Assembly (NCBI GenBank): GCA_030141605.1
Contig: JAQGDQ010000150.1
Location: 418,627 to 482,626 of the forward strand
Length of the DNA stretch: 64,000 bases
Direction: 5' to 3'
Source: Tubiluchus corallicola
Lineage: Eukaryota > Animalia > Priapulida
This document shows positions 28,301 to 59,799 of this stretch, piece after piece (position 1 is the first letter of the stretch; each line of letters opens with the position of its first letter). The notes beneath the pieces were generated by a model. That model was given only the letters and a program-made list of their open reading frames with translations. It ran no database searches and was not told the origin of the DNA. The translations under genes and the position numbers were made by a program.

Positions 28301-31300
28301 ATGAGACAAAATGATGGCACAGGGCAGAGTTACTGTAAGGAGAGTGAACTTCTTGTACCAGCACAAAGATTTGCACTGCTGAGGAAGAAATCTTTAGTAG
28401 TTTTTCATTCTGTTTTGCAAGTTGAAGAAAAATTATGCTTAATGTCACTAGTATTGGAATTAAAGCCGATGTCTGTTTTTCTTGAAGACACATTTATATT
28501 TGATGTGCTCCATATGGTGGATAGTTTTATACCAACTAGGACTTACAATCCAAATCAAAACTTCAACTGCCGATCATTACCGAGTATTGTACAATATACA
28601 TCAACATGTCTACGCCAGCCAATCAGATTGCAAATGTTGTCGTTGAGCTCTCTCAGTCTTTTAGTCAGTATTCATGCTTCACTGAAATTGTTCCTGGCTT
28701 CACATAGTACACCATTAACCTTTGCTGCATTTGAAAGAAGGGATTTTTGCACCACACCCAAGCAGCTCATCAATGCCATCTTGTCGCATTATGTTACATC
28801 GACAGTTCTCCGAGCAGGTATAATTAAACATTACTTATGCTGTTAGCTTAAACTTTGTTTGAAGTTTGGTATATGGAGCTGTCACTGTATTTCAACAATG
28901 GATAGTTAAATTGACTGAACATGCTCTTAGTTCTACACAAATACAAATTGTTAGAGGTTTTAAACAGCAGCGGGTTACACTTACAAATTGTAACCCGCTG
29001 CTGTTTAAAATGAAATTGTATAGTTTGATTAGACCAAGGAATTAATTTCCAATTGTTCAAGTTGCCTTGTTAAATTTGAGACTAACACTGTGTGTATACA
29101 CATGTATGTATTTACATGTATTTTAGGGCTTGTGGTAGGCTCCCTCGATCTGTTAGGGAATCCTACATGCCTGCTGAGAGAAGTAGGTTGTGGAATGGCT
29201 GATTTTGTGAGACTGCCCTATGAAGCAATAAGTGGAGGGCCTGGTTCATTTATTAGAGGAGTTTCGCAAGGGGCATCTTCTTTACTTCGACATATATCTG
29301 CTGGTAAATAATGTATAATACATTCTGCTCCGATTTTGTAGTGTGGTGTAAAAAAGTCGTTGATTGAGGTCAGTGATTTTGTAGTCATAGTTATAAATAC
29401 ATTTGCACTGAGCTTTGTCAAAATGCAACGATACATCCATTATAATTGTTACCTTAATGCTAACATGTTGAAAAGAGAAAGCTATTTTTAATCATTAATG
29501 TTAGTTTTTGTTGTATAAAATTTATACATGCAAAACAATGTTGTGTCGACAATTATGTCTACCCAAGATTACCAAGTTTGCAATTTCTTTTCTAGGTACT
29601 TTAACATCTATGACAAATTTTGCATCAAGTTTTTCAAGAAACATGGATCGATTGTCTCTGGATGAAGATCACTTTATCCGCCAGGAAGCAAATAGGAGAC
29701 ATAAACCCGATCATTTTTCAGCCGGTCTAAAACAAGGTCTTACTGGATTTTGTATCAGTTTGTTAGGTATGCAGAACATTTAGCTTTCTTAAAAGCCCGT
29801 TGTACTATTATTACATTTTTGTATAACTCTTATTAATTAAACATAGAGTATACTGCTCATGACATGTACATTCTGGCACGTAACTGCCAGTTATAAAATT
29901 TTAACCATGAAAGGGATGTAAGAAAATGGCTCAATTTAGTACATTTTACACTAAATTGACTTCTAAAATGGACAAAGGAAAAGAAAGGTGACTTATTAAT
30001 GAAGCAAATTTCAGGTGCTGTGGCAGGTATGGTTGACCAGCCATTACAAACAATTTCTCATTCATCAGCACAGCTCTCTGCATCAACAGCTATGACTGGA
30101 ATTGTTTCTGGTATGGGAAAGGGTTTAGTAGGTGTGGTAACCAAGCCACTTGGTGGTGCAGCTGAATTGTTCTCTCAAGCTGGTCAAGGTTTAGTATTAA
30201 TAGTTTTTTTTCTTGATAACTTGTTGATGGAATTAAACAAATAGCTGAACTAATGTGAGGTTCGCATTTTTATGTGAACAGATGTTGTGGCATACTAGTT
30301 TCTAGAATTATTTTAAGTGAAAACACATGGGTTCATTTGAATAGAATATCAAAAACTTTTCAACTTCTTCATCATTGAAGTGTGTTTTATCATCATTGTT
30401 CTCTTCACGTTCAGTGTAAGACAGTTCCAACAGTCTTTTCCTTTCCTTTTTTGCGTGCAGTTCTCAACACTGCAAGTTGGTATTTAGCACTTAATGTAGA
30501 TTTTATCAATATACCAATGGCATGACCAGAATCTAACCAAGTGTTTTAAGCTGTGTCATGATGTATGCACATCGACTTGAAAAATAGCTGTTTCAATATG
30601 GCAGGCCCAGAATCACATTTAGTTCTGATCATCCTTTCAGTTTAGTACCCAAATCTGAAATGTACTCTATTGTCTAAACATTAGATTTTTATATGGTTTG
30701 CCACAGTTCAAATCAGAACCTACTCAATGGCAGGTTTTACTTATTACCTAGCTCATTGTTAAGGTTAATCCTCTAAGATTAAACACTTAACTATATAGGA
30801 CCTCTTTTGGCCCTCCTCCTCCAACAACAACAAACAAAAACAAACAAAATAAAACCTTTTATTTATATTGTAGGATTGTTGCGTGACATTGGTTGGGAAA
30901 AGTTACCTTACCCATGCTATAATAGTGTTATCTATCCTGTCAGTGAGTTTCCAAATGCCACTGTCAAATATCCTTGGAAAATGTTCCAGACTTTAAACAA
31001 TGCGGAAGTTGTCTGCATTGTGGAAGCCAGTCAAATCGTGGCATCTGGACTGAGTCCGACGGTTTACCTTTTGTTGACGCCAGAGGTATTTGTCATATTA
31101 TGTTGTTATAAAACTGTTGATATTGTATACCAGTTGGCAAATTTTATACTGATTTAAAAATCATTCACAATTAAGAAACTTAAGAAGGCTAAGAGATTAA
31201 AGTGTAGATTTTCTGTGTAGACTTACGGTGCAACATGCAATTAGCTCCTGCGTAACAGCGCATGCAGTGAGACTAGTATCTCGATTTTGTCAAGAATATA

Positions 31301-34300
31301 GCTTTTTAAAAGGTCTTGGTCTTGATAGTCAGTCTCTGTGAGAGTCGACAGTGACGACTATGATAACACTGATAAACAATTTGTGGGTGGTATAGGTATA
31401 TTTAGAATTTGCAGGAGATCCATGGTTTCCCGCAATCGGTGTTTTCCCTGACAAATACACCCAAATTTTGCAGAAAACTGCACAAACAGCCTCTAGAAAA
31501 ACTCGCTTTGTGTAACTGTACCAGCATGTTGAGAAAAATAAGCATACGCACGGGAACAGGGCGAAATGGTCTACAAGATGTGAAGGTATCATTGGCAAGA
31601 GAGGTCTACTGGACGAAATGGAAAAGGTGTATTTCCAATTTGCGCACTATTTGAAACATCCATTGTCTTTGAGTTTGAGACATTTCACTGCAGTTCCAGG
31701 CATTGCCTTCACCCGCTGTTCTACTCTTCTAGGTGTAAGTTATATTTCTTCGCCCATTATCATCCGCGAAGCAATCAGCAAAACTGAAATGGAAAGGATG
31801 TATTTCAAAGTTCTTTTTCAACCCACCAGTGCTGTGCACTGTTTGAAATATCCATTGTCTTTGAGTTTGAGACGTTTCGTGGCAGTTCCAGGTATTACCT
31901 TCACCCGCCGTTCTACTCTTCTACAATTTAGTCACATCTCTTAGCTCGTTATCGTCTGCGAAGTAATCAGAAAAACTATGTAGAATGTTCGTGCATTATT
32001 GAACATCAGTGAATGGGTCTAATAGCATTTGTCGCAGCATATGGTTTAAAATTTGTGTAGTGTAATGTGGGTGGTGTGGTGCAGGTGTTGTGGTATAGTG
32101 TGGTGCGGGTAGGGCATTGGAGTACAATGGTGTGGTGTGGTGCAGAGCAGTGTGGTGTAGCGTGGTGTGGGTGGAGTTGGTGTAGTGTGGTGGGTGTGGT
32201 GTGTTGCAGGTGGAGTGGTGTGGTGTGGGTTGTGTGGTATGTGGTGTGTTGGATGTGGTATGGTTTGTTCCCGTGGGTTTAAGGTTTTTGCGGGGCCTTT
32301 GCTAGTTCACTGTTAATATTCTTACAAGAGTTTTTTTATTTATTTTATGTGCTGTGTATTTTGTATACAAAATAAACAATAATAATAATTAAGAATGTTA
32401 GATCACGTGATAGAGGGCTCCAAAAATTAACAATCTTGTGTTTGCTACTGCTGTCTATGCAGCGTGATGATTTCGCATGTATGCAAATGGGAAAGTCACA
32501 AGCAGCACAGGCACACTGATGTAATTTTATGAAAACCAAAGACAACTTTTACACGCCGTAGGTTATAAACTGTTGTTGTGAAGAGTTGGCATCTTGATAA
32601 CTTGTATATTCCTAACATTGTCAGGGTATAGTTTCCTAATTTTCAAGCTTTTTTACTCCCCTAGTCCCATATTTAAATAATATAATATAAACTAATAAAA
32701 TAATAAAATAATATAAATCTAATAAAGTGATGTTTCAAAGTACAACGTGTATTAATGTTTTAATGTGTGTCCATCCCTGGAGGCAGTATCATCCTGTACA
32801 CTCCTATCTAGGATTTGTGTTTTTTAAATTTTGTTGTTTACTGCAACAATTTTTTTAAATATTTACTTTGGTTTAGAATGAAAGCTTGAAGTAGTTTATA
32901 TTTAGTTTTGTACATTTAGGTCAGTATCCAAATTAGTTAGATTTAGTGTTATTATAGAGTATTTCTTGAACAAATTAAAGCCAACAGATCAGTTTCGGCA
33001 AATCAGTCTGAGTGTTTATCAGCTGTGTATCAGTCTCGATCTTGGTGGTCCCACCCAGCGATTTGTCTGTCTCTTGGTCTGAACTCGATCGCGTAATTTT
33101 AAATTGACCGAGAAATTACGAACACTGATATGTAATTTTTGCCTACCTAAAAACTTAACTCAATAATAATGCTACTAACCAAACCCCGCAAAAGAATTTT
33201 GCACATAAACTCACAATAACAACCCACACCACACCACACCAACCTGCCACACCACTCAATACACCACACGCCACCACACCATACCTCCTACATTATACTG
33301 CAACATAACACCGCACCACACATCACCTATACCACTCCACCAACCTCACACACACCCCACCACACCATCATCAGCACACCACACCACACCATCCATAGCA
33401 CAACACCCACAGCACACTACCACCCACAACACAACACACGGTAATCATGATGTTGATGGCAATGATGATGATGATGCCAACGGTGATGACACCTACAGCA
33501 TCAGCACCGACAATACAGTATCACAGCGAAACCATTCAGAACATTTTGCACAAAGTCGAAACTGTGTGCTATAATAAATGCTCTATGTCTGCCTACCAAT
33601 GACCAATAATGCACAAACATTCTACGTAGTTTTGTTTGCTGCTTCTCAGATGATAATAGGCTAACACAACTTACTTACATGTAAAATCTATAACACTGTA
33701 GAACGGTGGGTGACAACAATACCTGGAACAGCCACACAATTTCTCAAAGACAGTGGATGTTCTAGATAGGGTGTAGCTTTTGGGGGTTGAAAAAGAACTT
33801 TGAAATACACCCTTCCCGTTTCGTCTAGTGGACCTCTCTCAACAAAACCTTCAACATTTTGTAGACCGTTTCGTCCTCTTTCTGCGAATGTGCTTTTTTT
33901 TCCCAACATGCCCAAACAGTTGCACAAATTGAATTTTTTTCTGGAGGCTGTTTGAGCAGTTTTCTGCAAAATTTGTGTGGTTGGGAAAATACCCGTAGCG
34001 GGCATTCGTGGCTCTCCCGCTATATCTAAATATGACTATTACACTATTGAACAGGCTATCTAACCATTACTGGCACCGCCCCGGCACGTTCCCATTCTCT
34101 AGAAATAACAGATATAAGTTTTGCAAAAAATGGCCATTTTTGGAGATTTTTTGCCCCCCATTCGTCCCGTTGGACCCAATTCGAAAAGTAAACACCCAGG
34201 TGCGAACCTATGGGTGGAGACCTTTCATTTGAGGTACGGATTGGCTAAAATGGTGCCGTCGCCTCATCGGTTTTAGATATATACCACTGAAATTAATATA

Positions 34301-35832
34301 TACGATAAGTAAAAGTAACTACATGTATAACTGCTTAATTATTACTTAGAAGGTATGTGTCAGGCAGTCCATTTATTCATTTTGAATCCATTTTGGAAAC
34401 TACATATGAGAATTGTCACTTTTTTTCTGTAGGCTCTCTTTATTATAAGCCAAGCAGAAGACAATCAGCAACAAGCTTTTGCCATTTCTGGAATCCACTG
34501 TGAAGGTGCTAAAACTGATGACAACTTCCTGCATGTGTTTCCTGTTAATGAGCGGGGTAAATTGAATTCTGAGGTATGCACTTATTGGATTGTTTTACTC
34601 TATCCCAACATTTTGAAGAATCAGGATATGATTATTGCTTTACATATAATAAAAGAAATTGGTTTTCCCAACCAGTAGTCCATGTAGATTAAATTTAATG
34701 ATTGTGATTGTATTTTGTTCATTAAGTGTTTGTGAAAATTACTTGTATCTGAAAGAGAATCATGAAGTATTAGCTGTTTTTTAAGATCTCCCAACCTTCC
34801 AAATCTGTGGACCTTATGCTGTCATGCAGCATCCATTGTTCATCCGCAACTCGAGTTTAAGTCAGTTATACCTAAACCACTTGGGGTAGCCTTGAGATTT
34901 TTGGTATGGGGTAACTTTGGGACAAGTTGGTAGTCAAGTACAAAGATCACTCTAAGGGCATATCCAAATCTGGGATAAACAGGTAATAGCTGTACCACAA
35001 TGTTGGACATAGTGGGTGGCTCTGAATCAGCTCAATATGAGAAATTATCGGTGTAGTAGAAGAAGCTGTTAGCTCAGTGTGAGAAATTAAATGACTTGTA
35101 ACTATTGACAAGTCCAACATTGACAAAAGTATTTGACCCCTACCCAGGTGAGAGTTAGATAAATCCTTGATTTGAACATTTGCAATTATTGTGTTATTGC
35201 AATTAAGGCAACTATAAACAGGATCTCTAAGGGTAAAGAATGGTGCTGGTTCAGGAATAAACCATCGACCTCACCTTACGCCCAGAACAAATAAGTTGAG
35301 TACATTTGTATATGAGGTGCCTTGCACATTTGCTTAGAAGAGCATTACAAATTATGTGTCTGAACAGTATATGATTGTTCTTTTTTATGTTTTATCAAAC
35401 AGAATAACCTTGTATCAAATGTCACGATCTTAAAGGTGTCAAACATGAAAGTGAGGGGACCTACAGCATCATCAATGTTTTGGTTTTAATTTACAACCTA
35501 ATGTGTGACCCAAAAATTTTCTTTGGCAAAAGTGTGAGCATTATAAGCATTTTACCTTTACGCTTATTTAGGCAGAAGAACAAGCTAAAGATCGGGTTGC
35601 AGAATTTGTGGATAAAGTATCAGTTTTTACACTAGCCTATAACAATCAGTCAGAGACTTCCTCCACGTGTAGCATGACATCACAAATAAATCAACCCAAG
35701 CAGGGTTTGTATAGATTTCATCAATCATCCAACACATATACCTTCAGCATGGACACAAGACTTCGTGAGTTGTTTCTTTCATTATTTGTGTATGCACAAC
35801 AACTTGAAAGTGGCAACAGCTTGTTTAGCTGA
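2..35832 (+). CDS. VPS13B: VPS13B / COH1-like bridge-like lipid transfer protein (multi-exon, 5'-partial, about 3,980 aa in window)
   Basis: N-terminal chorein segment DLKLDVLEQELRLPFSFISGHIHELRIHVPWTKLGSE, then QGWINWAWSYVP, NPAMEWN, YSWRSHK, and the C-terminal ASLKLFLAS..TPL, GSLDLLGNPT, GTLTSMTNFASSFSRNMDRLSLD, GKGLVGVVTKPLGGAAEL motifs recognisable as VPS13B. Hand-traced exons: 2-806, 927-1108, 1272-1875, 2112-2780, 3039-3167, 3902-4066, 4286-4471, 4874-5040, 5277-5490, 5813-6030, 6265-6431, 6854-6972, 7137-7251, 7682-7790, 7996-8773, 8889-8997, 9348-9471, 9606-10617, 10744-10884, 11206-11325, 11741-11944, 12242-12504, 12691-12811, 14283-14443, 14813-14991, 16204-16364, 16988-17115, 17436-17636, 17992-18075, 18164-18241, 19499-19651, 19892-20047, 20371-20559, 22245-22420, 23516-23677, 23811-24069, 24488-24661, 25158-25295, 25630-25921, 26443-26595, 26717-26893, 27750-28817, 29127-29303, 29596-29766, 30015-30188, 30874-31085, 34433-34573, 35572-35832 (TGA). 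Summed length 11,946 nt is divisible by 3. Individual boundaries need RNA-seq confirmation. Confidence 0.95.
3230..3768. mobile_element. Possible degraded pogo/Tigger-like MITE
   Basis: Left TA|CAGTAGGTCCTCCCTTTAAACG; right ...GTTAAGCGAGGACTGTG is a partial inverted match. Confidence 0.3.
13110..13550 (+). mobile_element. Degraded 3' fragment of a CR1-group (CR1/Crack/Daphne-like) LINE
   Basis: Translates as LPKFK*RFGKESLRYRASQIWNDL...FLALIKTRDCKSCECKYC, matching the C-terminal G..SLRY....IWN.LP and C.C..C pattern of CR1-group ORF2. Confidence 0.6.
14000..14280. repeat. Pentanucleotide microsatellite (TCTTA)n/(TCCTA)n/(TCCCA)n
   Basis: Directly visible; abuts the acceptor of VPS13B exon 14283. 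Confidence 0.95.
15372..16145. mobile_element. pogo/Tigger-like (Tc1/mariner) non-autonomous DNA transposon
   Basis: Left end TA|CAGTTGGCGCCGTTTATTAGACTCAC; right end reverse complement TA|CAGTAGCATTGCTTAATAGACTCAC. TA target duplication and CAGT termini. Confidence 0.6.
19132..19398. repeat. Trinucleotide microsatellite (CTA/CTG)n
   Basis: Directly visible; source of the poly-S, poly-V and poly-L ORFs. Confidence 0.97.
23030..23430. repeat. Diverged tandem duplication, about 220-bp unit
   Basis: AATACTAAATTAGAAAGC at about 23065 and 23286; CAGAAATTTACA.TATA..CCACTAGA at about 23181 and 23400. Confidence 0.75.
24680..24830 (+). mobile_element. Possible degraded tRNA-derived SINE
   Basis: A-box-like GTGGCAGCTTGTAG and B-box-like GGGTTCAAACAC about 45 nt apart; no cloverleaf. 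Confidence 0.25.
28958..29010. repeat. Perfect inverted repeat, 22-bp stem and 9-nt loop
   Basis: TTTTAAACAGCAGCGGGTTACA (28958-28979) / CTTACAAAT / TGTAACCCGCTGCTGTTTAAAA (28989-29010). Confidence 0.95.
31397..32305 (+). mobile_element. Non-autonomous Helitron-like element, copy 1 (VPS13B intron)
   Basis: Ends in a GC-rich imperfect hairpin (CCCG...CGGG) followed by CTAG|T at 32302-32306. Internal (GTGGT/GTGTG)n tract at about 32060-32265. Homologous over most of its length to the inverted copy at 33175-34035. The Helitron class is inferred from the termini only. Confidence 0.6.
33175..34035 (-). mobile_element. Non-autonomous Helitron-like element, copy 2 (inverted relative to copy 1)
   Basis: The minus strand starts TCATATTTAGATATAGCGGGAG (copy 1: TATATTTAGAATTTGCAGGAG), shares CAAATTTTGCAGAAAACTGC and the downstream sequence, has a (CACCA)n tract at 33220-33440, and ends in the hairpin GCAAAA-TTC-TTTTGC then TTAG|T. 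It may extend to about 34285. Confidence 0.6.
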
Positions 35833-38800
35833 TAATATGGTTAGTTGATTGGTGAGCAATATACATGGTTTTATTGACATTTACAAGGTTTGAGTAAATT
35901 ATTTTTATCATTTCACTAAATTTGCTTCTGACAAATAGTAAATTCTTGATGGGCTTATGATTTATAACAGCTTTGCATTGCTTGTGTGTGTGATCTGTTG
36001 ACTCGACGATATACACTGTCGTTTTGTGAACTTGTATGCATATTTTGTAATATGAATTATGGCTTTTATGGTGTTATTATGTAAATAAGCACTGTGCATT
36101 ATTAACTAGGTGGCTCCTTTGTTTTATATTTAATGGTTTTCAGGTGATTACGTTTTCCTCATGGTGCTTTTGACATTGTTCACGTGCAATGTAACATATA
36201 CAGCACAAACTTGCAGCATATATCACATCTATTCTCTATTGTTCTAGGAGCATCCTTATGTTCCAAGAATCGTATTATTACAAGGATAACTAATAATGAT
36301 AATGCACTAAGATTTTAAGATAAAGTGGGTCTTCTCTCCCTTATGCAGTCTTTGTGATAAGTTTATGCAATGGCGAACAGCTTGTTAATGGCTTTTAAAG
36401 CAACTTTTGTAATTACCGTAGGTAGTACTCCAGAAACATTATAAAAGCCATTAGTGTACATCTATTTTTGCTGAGCATGTGCAGGTTACAAGTTCCATTA
36501 TATTTGAAAAATACAAATTTTATACGGAGAGTCTGTGATAACTATAATTATTATCTGTCATTGCTCAATGCAGATTTAATATGTGGCATGTATTGGGATG
36601 TGTGATATTTATTGTACTTCTGGTTATTTAACGCTCTAATAAACCGAATATTAGACATTTGCTGTTAAATTCTTGCTTTGCAGCCCTTAAAGCATTATTC
36701 TTAAATTTCTTTTAACTTGCTGTTTTAAATTAATTTTCAAGGAACAATGCACACTTGTGTGATTTTGCTATAGGCAATGTGCAAAATTTAGAATTCTTTG
36801 TAAAATACCATGGGTCTTTTTATAATATCTGTCACTTATGAGAAAAATATGAGGCAACTTTTTTTGCTGTTACACTACATTTTTCTTAGACATTTTGTAT
36901 AACAGGTAGGATCTATATAGAATGCCTAAAATGACTTTGGCAAAGTGTAAAATGAACATAAGTCCTGTGTAAATTTACTTTTTGTAGATATTTTATACAA
37001 TACTCAGGCTTTGTACAGAATGCGTGAAATGGCAGTGTTTTAAAACAAGTAAGCCCCTGAGTTAATTGTTTTAATGGCACTTAAAATCTGTTAGTGAAAA
37101 AAATAGCTGTATGGAGTGTAGTAAATAATACGGTTTTCAAAATGCTATAGCATATTGGATTGTACAACTGACATGTGTGTATCATGAAGTTTGTCAAGCA
37201 GTTCAATTTTTGACATGCGAAGCTGCACAACAACATTTACTTCTTATACAGCATCTGGTGCTGTAAGCATGCTTTTCTGCAGGTCAACCATTCAACCACA
37301 TCATAGTTCTGCAATAGTCAACAATCAATAATCGGCTGCTTTTTGTCCTTGACCATTGAGTCATTTACATCACTTTTTCTGAATCAGTATGATATGTACA
37401 CCTAGAAAATTCTCCCCCCTCATGAATTGGCCTTGTTTATGCCAGGCTTCACACTGCCTGTAACATGATTATTTTAGTCATGGCACGACAAGTGAGTTTG
37501 CAGGAAAATTGTCTTATTTTAGTCATTTAAACATTTAAAGAAAACGTTTTCATATTAAAATTTTGACATTGAAACATTTTGACCCATTTTGGTGCATGCA
37601 GAAATCAAAACACTCCCTAGTTGCACTTTTGTCGATTGTACCGCTAATTTACATTACTGCTATTTTACAAATGGGAGGAAGAAGTTAGATATATTTCAGG
37701 TAAGAGGACTAAGCAGTCGAAGCAATTAAACAGCTACACTCCCTGAAAACTTTGTACGGGATGGTACACAGCTAGCTACCGGGTACAGAATCAATGAGTA
37801 AAAGTACCGAACAATTTTTTACGTCAAAGGATTGCTGAAATAATAGGGCATTTATCATGTTGTGAAAGCCTTGTGAATTTTACACAGTCTTCAGTCTTGA
37901 GGAGTATAATTGGAGCAGTCATCTGAAAATGCTGGGATTAATTTCTTTGATCGAGTTGAGTGACTTGGAAATTCACGAGACCTCAATTCTTCGAGTCACT
38001 ACTCTAATCATATCTCTCAAAATTGCAGGCTGTGTGAGATATATGAGGCTTTCACGGCAAATTTTGAAGGCGTGATAAATTCACTATTGTTTGAACATTT
38101 TTTTTATATAATAACTTGTTATTCGTTAATTTTGTATTTCCTAGCAAAAGGTCATATACCACCATGTACATATGACAATATTCTAGCATAATGTAATATT
38201 TCATAGTGCATTTGGCTGAAAGAGCATTTAACTGAAAACCCCATTGCATACGTTGCAATTTCAAATAAAATATAGTGCAAGGTTGCCAAATTACTATTAT
38301 AAATTTGTACAAAATTCATTTTTACACATGATTGGATTTAATTTGAGAGGCTGGAACAGAAAAGTACAAAGCTTGATAGGATATGCCGGTATTTGACCAG
38401 GTGGAACGAGACAAAATGTGATAAAATTATATAGATTAAGGACCGACATGGCTTCTTGGAAGGGTTATCTACTCTACCTGTCACAATACTGAAAACAGCA
38501 ACAAAATAATTAAAGGCATATTTATGTGTTACCAGGTAAAATGAAAACTATTAGTAGCTTATTACGCTTGGTATCTTGAAAATGCTCATGAAGGTTCTGA
38601 AGTATACATATTCATATTTTCGCCTTTCTACTGTAGTCCCATACCTTGAGTGGCCATTAGCTTTATTTGATGCAATTTGATTTAAAAAATGAAAAATCGC
38701 CAGGCTGCATGGCTTATTATAACGGTCATGGCAATTTGCCAGATCAAACTGAAGATAGTTGATGCCACAATAAATATCATTAAGTAAACATCAAAAGACG

Positions 38801-39485
38801 TGCGACAAATGAATCATTTAATGTATATTCCGAAAGTATATAAAAAGTAACTCAAAGTTTCCTACACAGTGTATACATACTGTAAATAGATGTCATATAG
38901 CAGAGCAAAGCTATAATTCAAGTGTATTGATGTAGAAATGATAAAAAAACACGTGTGTAATGGTTATCCAACTATACTGGGCTAGAAATGCCTATTTTGT
39001 TCATTTTTTTCTGAGTGCGTCAGTGCCCTTATTCATCTTTGCATTTTTTTGGCTGCAGTACTAGCAATGCTTACTACCAACTACAGTACAGTGAATAGTT
39101 TGTAGGCCTATTAATGATTAATAATGCAAGGCAGTAAGGCCTGTTTATCATGCCCTACTGTGAGAGAAAATAGTTTTGTGTGGATTCATGGTAAAACAAG
39201 TACTAGCTGTTGTGATTACGATACGTAAATTGTTTTAACCATCATCTTACTTAAGGTTCAGATTGTTCGGCTGTAAACCACGTCAAGCATGCATTTGATC
39301 CATATACCTTATAAATGTACTTTTTAACTGATGAATGTGGCAGTGTATAGCTAGCTATGTGCAAATTAACACATCACTATATCAGCTCACGAATCACATA
39401 CGATAGTTACTGCCAGTATTACTTACAGTTTGACGTGATGTGAAATTTGCACCCGGTCTGTTTCCCAAAATACCTTAATATGGAG

Positions 39486-58329
<18,844 letters not shown>

Positions 58330-59799
58330 CTAAAAAGTCATGGTTAAGTTCTTTAATAGTGTAAAGTGCTCTGGCAGTAAACACAAATCTGTTATATTTA
58401 AAAACTGTTTTAGCTCAGTCAGGCGTTTGTCATGACTGATTATGGTATACTTCCCTTTTCGGCGATATATATTGTAAAGTACGTGGTATCTTGAATTGTG
58501 TTCTATATTTTGTTTTTTTCCAAATACGTTCTATGAATTAGAGAAGATTGCCCCAGACTGCCATGCTGTTCTCGAAGCATCTTTAACTCCACAATACTAT
58601 AAAAGGTTTTATTATTTAATGTTCTAAACGAGATTATTCCATTTTCGTCATTATAATGAACAACTCAATGTTATAATCCTGAATTACAAAGATATCATTA
58701 AAAATCTAACAATACTCCGTAGAAGAACAAGAATGTAAAAAATATGAAAGATAGGCCATTTTACGTAAGACATATCAAGCGGCACTCAACGTCACCATCT
58801 AAGACCAAAGAGCCAGAGAAGCACTACACCAATTGCCTTTACTGCTGCTAGCACTTAGCACGTTCATTACGCCACACCGTGAATGTAATGGATAAATTGC
58901 ACCTCATTTCATTAGTCACAACAAAAATAACTGCACAGTATGTACAATAAGTTTCAAGTATCTGCAAATATAGATGACATGGCCTTATAAGAATTAACAA
59001 GTTATTGTCTATATGTAGAAGGAAAAGTGGACGCTGGTGCACAGGGAAGCATTTTGTTATCTGGAACTTTTCGTAAAATCTATCCAAGACTCATCAATCT
59101 GCGAGGTCTATCCAGAAATTTAAAGCTAGTCAGATTCAGACAACACTCGTCTAACAGTAGGCCTACACCCTTTCAACATTAACGTCACAATGCCATGTGT
59201 GTATAAAGATGTTACACAACTCGATATTTCATGTAGTAAATTCTTCTAGTTTAGCACTTTTGGACTAAATACACATGCTGCCCTATGTAAACCTAATTAC
59301 ATCAAATATCAACTCAACGCAAGAAGCAAGCAGCTCATTTCAGCACCTAAAGAAGTGTTGCGCCAATGTTGAAAGGAAATGGCAAAACCACAAGGGCGTA
59401 TCGTATCGCCAAATGTTCAAGGAAGGAGTGTGAGGAGTCAGGTGAGCCAGCAAATCCGCGGCATATAAGTCTCAAACAGGCGGCGAGGTGTGTCAACCAA
59501 TTACGCCGCTTATGAATCGTTTATCGTTTTCGACCAAAGATTTGAATGAAACAATGTCGCTCAAGGAGGCGGCACTGGAAGTAGTAATAAATTAGACAGT
59601 TTAAAAAACAGATGAACTTATTATAAATTCACTGCATATTACTAATGCGCAGAGTCTATTCTATTGCAAAGGCCAGGGATGTAAATATGAGAAAATATCT
59701 GTCACTATTTGGCTTTCAGTAAGGTATTCGACTCTCAATTTTTCATTAAAATGCATGTAATAGTGCATTTTGTTAAGCGTCAGTAAAACCCAATTCAAA

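Noticed and set aside
31409-34232. Short ORFs in the inverted repeats as a nested gene pair
   Set aside because: Frames are not preserved between the two copies and no domain is recognisable; better explained as non-coding transposon sequence.
37958-38002. Imperfect hairpin AGTGACTTGGAA...TTCGAGTCACT between the two genes
   Set aside because: Short and mismatched; could arise by chance, with no other support.
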